A DNA stretch of 64,000 bases from a virus. The stretch lies in the IMG/VR virus record IMGVR_UViG_2931133163_000006, one strand, 5' to 3'. Every line of letters starts with the position of its first letter. Positions within the stretch are counted from its first letter, which is position 1. Below the pieces are notes generated by a model. It had not been told where the DNA came from. It saw only the letters and a program-made list of their open reading frames with translations, and did no database searches. The translations under genes were made by a program, and so were the position numbers. Positions 18,767-28,316 of the stretch are shown in pieces.

Positions 18767-19122
18767 CACAGCTCCGGCGGGTACCCGCGCTTCAGGGTCA
18801 GGGTCGCGCCGCCCTGGCCGTCCGGATCGATGTCGTCGATCCAGAGCGTGCCCTCGTCCGGGTAGAAGCCGGCGGCGGGCATGCGCACGAGGGCGAACTG
18901 CTCGGGCTCGTACGTCCAGTCCGAGAGGCGGATCCCGAGCGTGAGCACCGTGGTGTTCAGGCTCTGCTCGGCTTCCAGACCGACGTTCGTGTTCCGCACC
19001 GTCCAGACGCCGGTGGCGTCGAACGGCGGGCGGACCGGCGTCGAGGCCGGCGGCGTCACCGTGACCGGCCGCCCAAACGCGGCGATGCCGGGACCGAGCG
19101 CTAGGGCGGCGAGGTCGATCAC
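18766..19122 (-). CDS. Putative head-tail joining/closure protein
   Basis: GTG start; FG..VT..P...D..G....L.LK pattern typical of lambda FII-like connectors; position. Confidence 0.55.
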   Translation of the reverse strand: MIDLAALALGPGIAAFGRPVTVTPPASTPVRPPFDATGVWTVRNTNVGLEAEQSLNTTVLTLGIRLSDWTYEPEQFALVRMPAAGFYPDEGTLWIDDIDPDGQGGATLTLKRGYPPEL

Positions 19123-19397
19123 GTGGCGGCCGTCCTCGCGGCGGACTTGCCGGCGGGCTTGGCGTCGATGGCGGGCTCCTCGTCCGAGATCTCCTCCAGG
19201 ACCTCGCCACCGAAGCGGGCAAGGATCCGGTCGGCCTCGTCGGCGTCGAGGGTCACGGCCTCGCCGGCCTTCTTGTGCGCGATCCCGCGCGAGGCGGGCA
19301 CGAGCACGGTGCCGGTGGTGTCGCGCACCTCGGCGACGTCGTGGTCCGGATCCTCGACGCCGAGGGCGATCTTGGTGACGATGGTCTTCTTGGACAT
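19119..19397 (-). CDS. Hypothetical head-associated protein
   Basis: Coupled ORF directly after the capsid gene. Confidence 0.5.
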   Translation of the reverse strand: MSKKTIVTKIALGVEDPDHDVAEVRDTTGTVLVPASRGIAHKKAGEAVTLDADEADRILARFGGEVLEEISDEEPAIDAKPAGKSAARTAAT

Positions 19398-19456
19398 GAG
19401 CACCGGGCCTCACCTCAGCGGGAGCCAGAGGCGCCGCCGGAGCGGCGCCGGCGGGA

Positions 19457-20503
19457 TCAGCGGACGGTCGCGCAGAAGGTCGCGTCGACCCAGCCCAGGA
19501 CCGGCAGCGGCGCCGATTGGGTCATGAGGTACTCCGCGGACGGGTCCTCGCTGATCCAGTTCTTCGGGAAGCGCGGCATGGCGCGCAGCGCGCGCACGTC
19601 CTGGATGGCGCCGTAGAGGCGGGTGCCCTGCGCGCCGACCGGATCCAGCATCATGCAGGTGTAGTCCGGCATGAACTGGGTGACGTTGCCCTGATCGTCG
19701 GTGAAGTACTGCTGGTAGACCCAGAACTCGAATTCGCCGGTGTCTCCGAGGTACTTCGCCTCGCGGCCGACGCCGCCGACCACGACACCGCCGAGGTCGA
19801 CGTTGCCCTTGGTCTGGCGGAACGAGTTCATGATCTGCTGGATGCCGGGCGACTTCACCAGCAGGTTGCCGGCGAGCGGATCCAGCACCACCACGCTCGG
19901 GTGGAAGCCCGAGTTCTTCTGCACCGTGGCGGCGGACGTGCGCAGGAAGTCCAGCGCGTCGACGCCGGTCTCACCCCAGCGCGCGCCGCCGGTCAGCGCG
20001 ACGGTGTGGTTGGGATTGCGCTGCAGGTCGACCGCGGTGCGCTGCGGGTAGTTCGGTCCGGAGAGGACCAAGCCGCCGGTCTGGATGAGCTGACAGGCCA
20101 TCAGCTCCTCGCGGCGGGTGATCTGGTCGTCCTGGATCTTGAGCGTATCCATGACGATCATGGCGCGGCGCTCCTCGGGGGAGAACTCGCCGAGCAGGCG
20201 CTCGCCGGGCCGGCGCCGCAGCATGCGGTTCGGCTCGATCACGTGCTTGGGCTTCACGTAGCCGGGCACGAGGCTCGCGGCGTTGAAGCCGCGCAGGCGC
20301 TCGGGCTGGCCGACGTCGCCGGGATGGACGAGCGGGGCGAGGCGGCGGGCGCGCTCGACCTTGTCGAAGTAGACCTCCTCCGTCTCGAACTGCTGCTCCA
20401 TGCCGAACGCGAGGTTCCACAGGAACGGGTTCGGGCGGTCGATGACGCCGTAGGCGCCGAGCAGGAACGCGGTGGAGTAGACGGAGCTGTTGTCGAGTGC
20501 CAC
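19457..20503 (-). CDS. Major capsid protein, lambda gpE family
   Basis: F.TE.V.FD.....RRLAP.V.P...P.Y.KPKH...I.RREE.MA.Q....G...SAPL. Confidence 0.92.
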   Translation of the reverse strand: MALDNSSVYSTAFLLGAYGVIDRPNPFLWNLAFGMEQQFETEEVYFDKVERARRLAPLVHPGDVGQPERLRGFNAASLVPGYVKPKHVIEPNRMLRRRPGERLLGEFSPEERRAMIVMDTLKIQDDQITRREELMACQLIQTGGLVLSGPNYPQRTAVDLQRNPNHTVALTGGARWGETGVDALDFLRTSAATVQKNSGFHPSVVVLDPLAGNLLVKSPGIQQIMNSFRQTKGNVDLGGVVVGGVGREAKYLGDTGEFEFWVYQQYFTDDQGNVTQFMPDYTCMMLDPVGAQGTRLYGAIQDVRALRAMPRFPKNWISEDPSAEYLMTQSAPLPVLGWVDATFCATVR

Positions 20504-20512
20504 GGGCGGTTC

Positions 20513-20542
20513 TCCAAAAGAGAAGGGCGCCCGAGGCGCCCT
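20513..20542 (-). terminator. Hairpin plus U-rich tract between decoration and capsid genes
   Basis: AGGGCGCC-TCG-GGCGCCCT-TCTCTTTT. Confidence 0.5.
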
Positions 20543-20578
20543 GTGTCAGTCCGGATTGTTGCGGGGAGCGGCGTGCGG

Positions 20579-20962
20579 TCAGGCGACCGCGCCGACGGAG
20601 CGGATGAAGATGTTCCGGCCGGCGATGCGGAAGGCGTCGTCCAGCGTCTGGATCGACCAGGAGGCGTCGATCGGCATGACCTCGCCCGCGAACTCGCCGG
20701 TCTCGTAGCCCTTCACCCGCACGTCGGCCGCGCTGGCGTCGACGTCGAAGGTCAGGACGTGGGTCGGAACCTGGGAGCCGTCCGAAGCGGTCTTGACGCT
20801 CGGGATGTACTTGTCGGTCGCGGTGACGCGCCCGAGCGGGGTGCCGCGCTTCAGGGGCACGCCGGGGGCATTGGCGCCCGAGGCGATCACGAGCGAGCGC
20901 GTGACGCGCGGGAAGTCGCCGGCGTAGAGGGCGGTCGGGTGGAAGTTCGAGAAGACGGTCAT
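20579..20962 (-). CDS. Head decoration protein, lambda gpD-like
   Basis: L.RGT.LG......KY..S...A.DGSQ.P..VL..D.DA......Y..GEF. Confidence 0.85.
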   Translation of the reverse strand: MTVFSNFHPTALYAGDFPRVTRSLVIASGANAPGVPLKRGTPLGRVTATDKYIPSVKTASDGSQVPTHVLTFDVDASAADVRVKGYETGEFAGEVMPIDASWSIQTLDDAFRIAGRNIFIRSVGAVA

Positions 20963-21044
20963 TCGGGCGGGTCCTCTGGATGGCCGCCTTCAGGCCGGCC
21001 GCGACGGGGTGGGCAGCGCGCGGTTACCCGCGCGCCCGGCAGGA

Positions 21045-22313
21045 TCAGTTCTTCTTCGGATCGGGCTTGCCGCTGAGGCGCCGGAAGAAGGCCGCGCCCT
21101 CCTCGACCTCGCGCTGGAAGGCGGCCTTCGAGCCGGAGCGGGCGGCGTCGCGGCCGATCTCCTCGGCGCCGGTGCCGGCGAGCGTCTCGTGGCCACGGGC
21201 CTCCTGCTTTTTCAGCATTCGCTCGAGCACGATCTCGCCGAAGCGCTTGACCGACGTGCCCTGGTCCAGATGCTTGCGCCCGAGCTTGGGCAGGCCGGCG
21301 CGCTCGGCCATCTCGGTGATCTTGGCGGAGCGGACGCGCTCGGCCTTCACCGCGGCCTCGGCCGCCCGCTTGGCCGCGGCGCCGGCGGCGCGCTCGTCGT
21401 CCTTCTTGGACTCGTCCGCGTCGTCGTCGCCGTCACGATCCTCGTCGTCGGCGTCGTCATCGTCGCCGTCGCGCTGGTCGTCGGCATCCGCGTCGTCGTC
21501 CTTCTTGCCCTCGTCGCCGTCGCGCGCCTCGTCCTCGTCCTCGTCGCGCTCGGACTCGTCCTCCTCGGCGTCGTCCTCGTCGCGCTTGGCGCGCTCGGCG
21601 GCCGCGCGGCGGGCCTCGGCCTGCCGCTTCTTCTCGGCCTCGATCTCCGCCGGGGTCTTGTTGCGCTGGGACTTCGGCTTGGCGGGCTTGCGGGTGGTCA
21701 TGGACTGGTCTCCACGGCTCTGCGGGGACGGCCCGGAGGCCGGGGTTCGGGTCACGATGAGGCAGGAGGAGCGGGCGATCGCCTCGCCCTCGTCGCCCCC
21801 AGCGGACCGGATCTGTGAGCCGGCATCGGCCGGCACGGGGACGGCGCTGATCTCCAGCGGCTCCCAATCGACGACGTCGTGGCGGGCGACGCTGCCGTCG
21901 TCGGCCTCGGTCTTGACCACCTTGTGCAGCCAGTACCCGACCGAGATGTTGCGGATCACGCCCTCGCGGATCTTCTGCACCGTGTCGGCGACGCCGGGGG
22001 CTGCCGAGAGCAGGATCGTCGCGATGCCGCGCCCATCCTCGATCTTGGCGGTGCCGGGCACCACCGCGCCGATGACGTTGTCGAGGCAGTGGGTCGCGTG
22101 GGTGTCGACGAAGGCCGCGCCCGCGTTCAGGCGATCGAGCCGGACCGCGCCCGGCTCCATCGAGAGGACCTCGTCGTATTCCTCACCGTCCCACCACGAG
22201 TAGCGGCGTACGCTCGACCCCGTGCTCCAGACGATCTCGACCGTGTTGGCCTTGGCGTCGAAGCTTTCCGGGCGCACGCTGGCGTCCCGGTGCACGGGCG
22301 GCAGCCGCACCAC
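21045..22313 (-). CDS. Prohead protease (HK97-type) fused to an acidic scaffold region; start uncertain
   Basis: TVEIVWSTG..V.R...L.M...V.L.RLN.GA..D.H...G.IRN.SVGY...DWEP.EIS.VPVPAD; Asp/Glu low-complexity linker; GTG at 22313 chosen as start. Confidence 0.75.
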   Translation of the reverse strand: MVRLPPVHRDASVRPESFDAKANTVEIVWSTGSSVRRYSWWDGEEYDEVLSMEPGAVRLDRLNAGAAFVDTHATHCLDNVIGAVVPGTAKIEDGRGIATILLSAAPGVADTVQKIREGVIRNISVGYWLHKVVKTEADDGSVARHDVVDWEPLEISAVPVPADAGSQIRSAGGDEGEAIARSSCLIVTRTPASGPSPQSRGDQSMTTRKPAKPKSQRNKTPAEIEAEKKRQAEARRAAAERAKRDEDDAEEDESERDEDEDEARDGDEGKKDDDADADDQRDGDDDDADDEDRDGDDDADESKKDDERAAGAAAKRAAEAAVKAERVRSAKITEMAERAGLPKLGRKHLDQGTSVKRFGEIVLERMLKKQEARGHETLAGTGAEEIGRDAARSGSKAAFQREVEEGAAFFRRLSGKPDPKKN

Positions 22314-23838
22314 GTTGTCGTCGCTCGAGCCGGACGAGCGCTGCCCGGTTCGGGCGGGAGAGCTCCGGCTCGTCCCCGGGGCTGATCTCCCGGTCCGGTT
22401 GCTGGAGGCCGGCGACGTTCGTGACGCGCGGGTCGGAGTCGAGGACAATGCCGAGGTCATCGCACTTGGTGTTCCAGTCGTTGATCTCGTCGAGCACGTC
22501 GTCCGGGTTGCGCCCGGTCTCCGACACCACGTCCTGGTAGGAGCGGATGCCGGTACGCATCGCGAGCTGGGCTGCCTGGGCGTCCGCCATCGGGTCGACC
22601 CACTCGAATTTCGGGGGCGCCCACTGCACGGGGATCACGGGCTCGTCGATCACGCCGGCGAGGAACGCGATCTCGCACCACCACTCCCAGATCGGCTGGA
22701 GGGCCAGCTGGATCAGGATGTGCCACTGGATGGTGCGCAGCAGGCGGCGGAACTCGACGAGGCCGCCGCGCATGGAGCTGAAGTTGACCTTCGAGAGGTC
22801 GTTGGAGACGAGCTCGTAGGGCACGCGGTAGCCGGCCGCGATCGTCTGCAGCTGACTGACCTTGTACTCGCCGTAGCCGCCGACCGCGTTCGGGGCGTTG
22901 AACTTGATGTCCTTGCCGCCGCGCAGGCGGGCGATCATGCCCGGCTCGAACTTCTCGTAGACCGAGCCGTCGGCCGCGAGGACCTGAGGCGCGATCGACT
23001 CGTCCTCCGCGTCCTCGGCGTCGACGACGAAGCCGGCGATGCAGGCCTCGGTGCGCTTGCGGGTGATCTCCGCGAGCTCGTAATCGGCGAGCAGCTGCAG
23101 GTTCTCGATCGCCGGCGTGCCCCAGGGGACGCCGCGCGTCTGCGTTCGCTGCAGCTCGTAGACGTGCAGCACCTCGTCGGCCGGCACCGGCGCCGACACG
23201 GTCGGCTCGCCGGTGTTGATCCACAGGTTGCCCGGGTGCTGCGGGTAGAGCCAGTAGGCCGACCGCTTGCGGGTCTTGATGTCGACCTCGACGCCCTGGA
23301 TTGCGATCGTGCCGGGCGTCAGCATCCCGTTGCGGGCCGGGTCGAGGAAGTCGGCCTCGAGGAGCTGCAGCTCGAGCGGGACGTCGCCGGTCCCGATCTT
23401 CTTGCGCAGGCGTTTGCGGACGAGGACCTCGCCGCCCTCGATCATCTCGCGGCAGAGCAGCGTCTGCAGGCCGTAGAAGTCGAGTTGGCCGGCTGCGTCG
23501 CACCGGAACGACCAGCGCTCGAAGACCTCGCGGATCCGCTTGTCCTTCGCCTTATTGCCGGTCACCGGACGAGGGACGATGCCCTCACCGACGATGTTCG
23601 ATACGAGCGACGCGACCGCCTTGGCCGCGTACGGGTTGTTCCGGACGAGGTAACGGGAGCGGTCGCGCAGCGTGCGCGCGCTCCCGAAGATCTCGGTGTC
23701 CGCTGAAGCGAACCGCGTCAGCCACGGCTCGCGCAGACGCGTCGAGGCGGCGGCATCGTAGCTGCGGGCCATCTTGCCCGGGATGCCGCGCCCGGGGCGC
23801 GGCGCGGGCCCGGGGGCCGCCTTCCTGAGGGCGGCCAT
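22183..23838 (-). CDS. Portal protein, lambda gpB family
   Basis: LR.RSR.LVRNNPYAA...LQLLEADFL...Q.RGVPW...DLS.VNFSS.R.GL.EF...WVDP. Confidence 0.92.
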   Translation of the reverse strand: MAALRKAAPGPAPRPGRGIPGKMARSYDAAASTRLREPWLTRFASADTEIFGSARTLRDRSRYLVRNNPYAAKAVASLVSNIVGEGIVPRPVTGNKAKDKRIREVFERWSFRCDAAGQLDFYGLQTLLCREMIEGGEVLVRKRLRKKIGTGDVPLELQLLEADFLDPARNGMLTPGTIAIQGVEVDIKTRKRSAYWLYPQHPGNLWINTGEPTVSAPVPADEVLHVYELQRTQTRGVPWGTPAIENLQLLADYELAEITRKRTEACIAGFVVDAEDAEDESIAPQVLAADGSVYEKFEPGMIARLRGGKDIKFNAPNAVGGYGEYKVSQLQTIAAGYRVPYELVSNDLSKVNFSSMRGGLVEFRRLLRTIQWHILIQLALQPIWEWWCEIAFLAGVIDEPVIPVQWAPPKFEWVDPMADAQAAQLAMRTGIRSYQDVVSETGRNPDDVLDEINDWNTKCDDLGIVLDSDPRVTNVAGLQQPDREISPGDEPELSRPNRAALVRLERRQRGAAAARAPGRQRAPGKLRRQGQHGRDRLEHGVERTPLLVVGR

Positions 23839-23839
23839 G

Positions 23840-24079
23840 CTAGTATCCGCCGTAGCCCGACCCGCGGGTCCGGTAGCCGTTGGAGAAGCCCGCCACGCCG
23901 GCGACGGCGCGGCCCTGGCCGCTGGCCTTGGCCTGCTGGCGCTTCAGGTAGGCGATGACCTGGATCATCTCCTTGAAGGAGCGATACGAGGCGGACTTCC
24001 CCTCGTAGCTGACGCTCATCACGCCCTGCGCGAGCGCGGCTTCCATCGCCACGATCTGCGCCGTGTGGTCTACAGCCAT
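23840..24079 (-). CDS. Head-to-tail joining protein, gpW-like
   Basis: ALAQGV.SVSYEGKS..YRS..EM between terminase and portal; start MAVDH. Confidence 0.7.
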   Translation of the reverse strand: MAVDHTAQIVAMEAALAQGVMSVSYEGKSASYRSFKEMIQVIAYLKRQQAKASGQGRAVAGVAGFSNGYRTRGSGYGGY

Positions 24080-26148
24080 GACGAACGCCTGATCCGGGGT
24101 GTGGCCGCGGCGGGTGCCGGCGGCGGTGGTGGCGGTGTGGGCCGGGGCGCCGGAGCTGCGGGTACGACCGGAGCGGCCGCAGCAATCGGAAGCGCCTCGT
24201 CGGGCTCCTCGACGGCCACGGCCGTGTCGGGAGGCTCGGTCGCGTTGGGCATCTTGCCCAGCGCCACGTAGCGGCGGGACACGCTCTGGAGCCCGCACAT
24301 CGCGACGTAGGCGTAGACGAAGCACACGCCGGCCTCGCGCGGGACCTTTGGCTTGTCCCACTCGGTGAAGCCCTGGCGCCGCACGACCAGCTTCTCGCGG
24401 GTCAGCTGCTCGAAGTATTCGGCGTCGATCGGCCGGGAGCCGCGCGCCGGCACCACCGGAAAGTGCACGTAGCGCGGGCCGGGATCGACCAGCGGCAGCG
24501 AGCCGTAGGCGAAGTCGCGGGCGGCGTTGCCGCCGATCATGTACCAAGACGAGCCGAGCTTCGTGGACGCCAGCCGAGGCCACACCTTGGAGCGGGCGCC
24601 CCGCGCCTCGGACTTGCCCTTGATCGCCCACACCCGGCGCTTCCGGCGCTCGGTGCAGAAGGCGTAGGTTTCCGCCGTGTGGTGACCGCCGGAGTCGATG
24701 GCGGCCGCGGTCACGCGCAGCTCGGTGCCGTCGGCCTTGCGGAAGGTCCGCTTCAGCAGGGCGTCAAGGGACTGCCAGACGCCCGGCTCGGCCGGATCGC
24801 CCATCAGGACGAAGTGGCCAATCAGGGCGCTCTCCAGGCCAGGGCCCCAGCCCCAGATACCGCCCTCGATGCGGGCGTTGGCGCCCGACTGGACGTCGCC
24901 GCCCAGCGTCAGGGTAGTGACGAAGTCCGGGACCTCGGCACCGTATTCCTCACAGCGCTCTAAGAACGCCGTCGGCTTGATCTCCTGGCCGTAGGTCTGC
25001 CGGTACGGCCGGCCAAGGCGCAGGTTGACGAACGGTTGGACGAGGTTCGAGGGATCGTCCTGGGCCTCCAGCCACTCTTGCACGATCACCGGCCACGCGG
25101 CGTTCGCGTTGAGCGACATGCCGGTCCAGAGGTGGAAGCCAGCGTGCCCGGGCGTCTTCGGCGTCGCGGTCGCCCGCCATTCGCCGTGGCCGTCCATCCA
25201 GGCCTTGCTGCCCTCGTCGATGATGCAGCCGCAGGTGCCCTGGTACCAGACGGACTTGAGCGAGCGATCCTCGTTGAGGTCCCACTTCAGACCGTGCGGC
25301 GTGTCCTTGCCGCCCCAGTCCAGGTACTGCCAGCCAGCGAGCGCCCCGGCGTGCTCCGAGCATTGCGGGCAAGGCACGAAGTAGCGCCGCTGGTCAGAGG
25401 CCAGCCAGAGCTTCCAGATCCGGCTCGTCTCTTCGAGCGTCGGCGTCGAGCCCCGGACCTGCTTGCGGTTGTAGAAGGTCTCGCCGCGGGTCCAGAATAG
25501 CTTGAGCTTGTCGCCCTGCGTCTTGGCGCCGGGCGTCCATCCGTCGCCGTCGATCTCGTCGGCGAACATGAACCGGGCGGAGTAGCGCCGGAACGCGTCG
25601 TCCGAGGCCGCCCCGACGATGCGCACGAGCGCCCCGTTCGAGAGCTGGAAGAAAGTCTCGGAGTCCTGCTTCTCACCCTTACGGTTCGGCCGCAGCATGC
25701 GCGACAGCACCGGGGTCTCGCGCAGCATCGGCGCGATCTCGGTTCCGCCGAACTCCGCCGCGTGTTGCTCGACCGGCTGTGCGATGGCGCAGAGCGTCGG
25801 ATCCTGATGGAGGTGGTAGCCGATCGCCAGCGTGGCGAGCCGCGTGTAGCCGACGCGGGCCGCCTTCAGGACGGTGACCAGCGGCAGGGTCGGATCGCAC
25901 ATCGCGTCGAGAAGGCCGCGCTGGTACCCGTAGAGGGTCACCGGCCCGCTCTCAGATCCGGTGCTCTTCGGGATGCGGCCGTATTCTTCGGCCCAGGCCG
26001 ACCCCGACAGCTTCGGCTTGAATTCGAGCGCCTCGTCGAACAGCTGGTCCAGCTCAATGCGCGCGGCGACGCGCCCAGCCGAGTACTCACCCCGCTGGTG
26101 GTTTCCGATCCGCTCCGCCAGCGTCATCGTCGGGGTCGCGTCCTGCAA
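24070..26148 (-). CDS. Terminase large subunit, lambda gpA family
   Basis: LK.ARVGYT Walker A, DEID Walker B, STPT, RYFVPCP.C, F.N..LG, D.Q, D.GG, IKG. Confidence 0.95.
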   Translation of the reverse strand: MQDATPTMTLAERIGNHQRGEYSAGRVAARIELDQLFDEALEFKPKLSGSAWAEEYGRIPKSTGSESGPVTLYGYQRGLLDAMCDPTLPLVTVLKAARVGYTRLATLAIGYHLHQDPTLCAIAQPVEQHAAEFGGTEIAPMLRETPVLSRMLRPNRKGEKQDSETFFQLSNGALVRIVGAASDDAFRRYSARFMFADEIDGDGWTPGAKTQGDKLKLFWTRGETFYNRKQVRGSTPTLEETSRIWKLWLASDQRRYFVPCPQCSEHAGALAGWQYLDWGGKDTPHGLKWDLNEDRSLKSVWYQGTCGCIIDEGSKAWMDGHGEWRATATPKTPGHAGFHLWTGMSLNANAAWPVIVQEWLEAQDDPSNLVQPFVNLRLGRPYRQTYGQEIKPTAFLERCEEYGAEVPDFVTTLTLGGDVQSGANARIEGGIWGWGPGLESALIGHFVLMGDPAEPGVWQSLDALLKRTFRKADGTELRVTAAAIDSGGHHTAETYAFCTERRKRRVWAIKGKSEARGARSKVWPRLASTKLGSSWYMIGGNAARDFAYGSLPLVDPGPRYVHFPVVPARGSRPIDAEYFEQLTREKLVVRRQGFTEWDKPKVPREAGVCFVYAYVAMCGLQSVSRRYVALGKMPNATEPPDTAVAVEEPDEALPIAAAAPVVPAAPAPRPTPPPPPPAPAAATPRIRRSSWL

Positions 26149-26665
26149 ACCACCGCTGCGCGATCTCCTCGCGGGCGGCCGTGAAGGCTCGGTTCATCTC
26201 GGCCTTCGCCATCACCTCGATCTCGGAGGCGTTGGTCATCGTGGCCGCTCGTCCGGCGACCTTGGAGGCCATGTTCGACAGCCCGGTCCGGAGGACCTGG
26301 CAGAAGGTCGCCATGTCGGCGACGGCGTCGTGCCGGGACACGACCGCCTTGAGCGCCTCGTCGGCGTTGATCTCGGCGACGATCGCGTTGGCAACCGCCC
26401 GCCGACAGTCGGCGTCCTCACGCCGGGCCTTGCTGCTGTCCTTCGGGCCGTCATCGCCAGCGTTGACCGCCACGTTCTCGACGGCGCGCTGGATCCGCCA
26501 GTTGATCACGGCGGCCGTGTCGAACTGCCACTCGACGCCGTTGCTGCCGCGCTCGACGTAGGGGCAGCCCTTCTCGATCCAGCTCGTCACCGTGTTGACG
26601 CTGACGCCGAAGATCCCGGCGAGGTCAGCCCGGTTCACGAGCCGGCCGTCGATGGCGCCGGACAT
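26087..26665 (-). CDS. nu1: Terminase small subunit, Nu1-like
   Basis: VNR..LA.IFGVS..TV..WI..GCP......G....FDTAAVI.W. Confidence 0.85.
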   Translation of the reverse strand: MSGAIDGRLVNRADLAGIFGVSVNTVTSWIEKGCPYVERGSNGVEWQFDTAAVINWRIQRAVENVAVNAGDDGPKDSSKARREDADCRRAVANAIVAEINADEALKAVVSRHDAVADMATFCQVLRTGLSNMASKVAGRAATMTNASEIEVMAKAEMNRAFTAAREEIAQRWFAGRDPDDDAGGADRKPPAG

Positions 26666-26689
26666 CAACAACAACCCCTGTTTTCAAAA

Positions 26690-26755
26690 TTTCTTAGAGG
26701 GTGAACCGATGGGGTCCGAATTCCCCTCACCGGCACCCCCCTCCCGGAAGGACCC
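26690..26755 (-). other. Putative cos region (cosQ, cosN, AT-rich spacer)
   Basis: GGGTCCT (lambda cosQ heptamer) at 26749-26755 followed by TCCGG, then an AT-rich TAAGAAATTTTGAAAA just upstream of nu1. Confidence 0.55.
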
Positions 26756-26866
26756 TGGATTTGGCCGGGGAGGGGGGTGAGGCACCCCTCGGCCCTCCGG
26801 CCCGCCCCTCGGGCGCCCGGATGGCCCTCCCGTGGCCTTCGCGGGCCGCTGGCGGCCGCCGTCCGG

Positions 26867-27595
26867 TCAGCTCTTCCGGCGCACGTCGTTGACGACGAAG
26901 CGCTCCCAGGCCGCCCGGAAGTGCTTCCGGTACGCGGCCGGCACCACGGCGCCCGCCTTCTCGTAGTAGGGGAAGCGCTTGGAGTAGCTGACGCCCTTCA
27001 CGAACAGGAAGATGGGCACCGCCCACTTCTCCTTCTGAAGGTAGATCCCGTCCGGTGCCTTACCGTGGTTGCGGAAGACGATGTACTCGACGTTCCGCCC
27101 GACGTTGCGGCGCTTCGAGCGCGCCGTGGTGTTCTGGTACCGGTCCGACTGTGCCCCGAGCGCCGAGAGCATGCGGGTGATGAAGGCGCCCGACACGTTG
27201 CCGTTGCCGTCCCGCGGACAGCGCGTGCTGGGCACCGCGAACTCGCCCGCAAGCATCAGACCCTTGCGGATCAGCAGGACCTCGAACCGCTTGTGGCGGC
27301 GCGTGCCGCCGGCGACCTGAGGCCCGAGGAACTTCCAGGCCGGGATCGACCCGCTGCCTTCCTTGAAGCCGAGCTCTGCCTGGAGGCGTTGCTTCGTGGC
27401 CGGCCGGACCATCAGGCTGTTGAGCGTGAACCTCGACGGCTGGTCGAACACGGACCGCATGGTCTCGCGCTCGGCCTCCCGTGCGTCCTTCATCGCGTTG
27501 GTCAGTGCGACCGCGGCGACGAACGGCACCTGCCGGGCAGCTCGGCCAACGGCCTCGGCCTTGAGGCCGAACTCGCTGGCGTCGAGCTTCAGCAT
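26867..27595 (-). CDS. Phage morphogenesis protein, possibly gpZ-like neck/tail completion protein
   Basis: QVPFA.A.AL.......M..VFD.P..FT.N; basic protein upstream of the terminase. Confidence 0.55.
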   Translation of the reverse strand: MLKLDASEFGLKAEAVGRAARQVPFVAAVALTNAMKDAREAERETMRSVFDQPSRFTLNSLMVRPATKQRLQAELGFKEGSGSIPAWKFLGPQVAGGTRRHKRFEVLLIRKGLMLAGEFAVPSTRCPRDGNGNVSGAFITRMLSALGAQSDRYQNTTARSKRRNVGRNVEYIVFRNHGKAPDGIYLQKEKWAVPIFLFVKGVSYSKRFPYYEKAGAVVPAAYRKHFRAAWERFVVNDVRRKS

Positions 27596-27672
27596 GGGAT
27601 CAGCGCCCGACCGTGATCGTCTTCAGCTCGCCCGAGACCGGATCGAGGATCGTCAGCGTCTGCGCGGCCATG

Positions 27673-27891
27673 TCATGCCTGTTCGGACGGATGATCGCGC
27701 AGCTCGAGCAGACGATCGAACTCGCGGTGGGCCCGATCCGCGACGCTCCGAGCCTCGTCACGGGCCTGACGCCGGGCGACGAGTTCCCGCTCCGCCGCCA
27801 TTTCGGCATCGAACGCGACATTGAGATCGGCGCGCGCCACGCGGAGAGCGTACGAGGCTGCCAGGATCTCTTGGTCCGTTGCCTTCGGCAT
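27673..27891 (-). CDS. Hypothetical coiled-coil protein
   Basis: Closely spaced ORF with consistent codon style. Confidence 0.5.
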   Translation of the reverse strand: MPKATDQEILAASYALRVARADLNVAFDAEMAAERELVARRQARDEARSVADRAHREFDRLLELRDHPSEQA

Positions 27892-27893
27892 GA

Positions 27894-28316
27894 TCAGCAG
27901 CCCTGCATCGGTTGCGGAAACTCCCGGCGCTGCTGCGCGGGGCGCGTGGTCGGCCGGTCGACCGTCAGGTCGGTGCAGTCATCGAGGATGAGCACCCCGA
28001 CGTCGCGCCAGCCCTGCGCGCGGATCAGCTTCTCCAAGCCGTCCTGCCATCGCTTGGCCTTGTCGGCGTCGAGCTTGGAGCGGGTGCGCACCGTGACGAT
28101 GTCGCCCTCTTGGAGGTCGAGGCGGGCGAGCTGTGGGGCGAAGTCATCCTCGGGCAGCAAGAGGCGAAAGAGGCCAAGCTCTGCGCGGGCGGCCTGCAGC
28201 ATCTCGTCCCGGGCGGGACCGACGACGGTCGCCACGCGGAGTTCCGCGAGGCGCTCGCGGCAGCCCTGGCGGCCGCAGGCACCGGCGCGGCTGGCGGGGC
28301 AGTTCGGACAGGTCAT
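27894..28316 (-). CDS. Hypothetical protein with Cys-rich N-terminus
   Basis: MTCPNCPASRAGACGRQGC; ATGA overlap with the recombinase stop. Confidence 0.55.
   Translation of the reverse strand: MTCPNCPASRAGACGRQGCRERLAELRVATVVGPARDEMLQAARAELGLFRLLLPEDDFAPQLARLDLQEGDIVTVRTRSKLDADKAKRWQDGLEKLIRAQGWRDVGVLILDDCTDLTVDRPTTRPAQQRREFPQPMQGC

Noticed and set aside
21380-21620. GAC/GAG-rich low-complexity tract
   Set aside because: Encodes the acidic scaffold linker; not an independent repeat element
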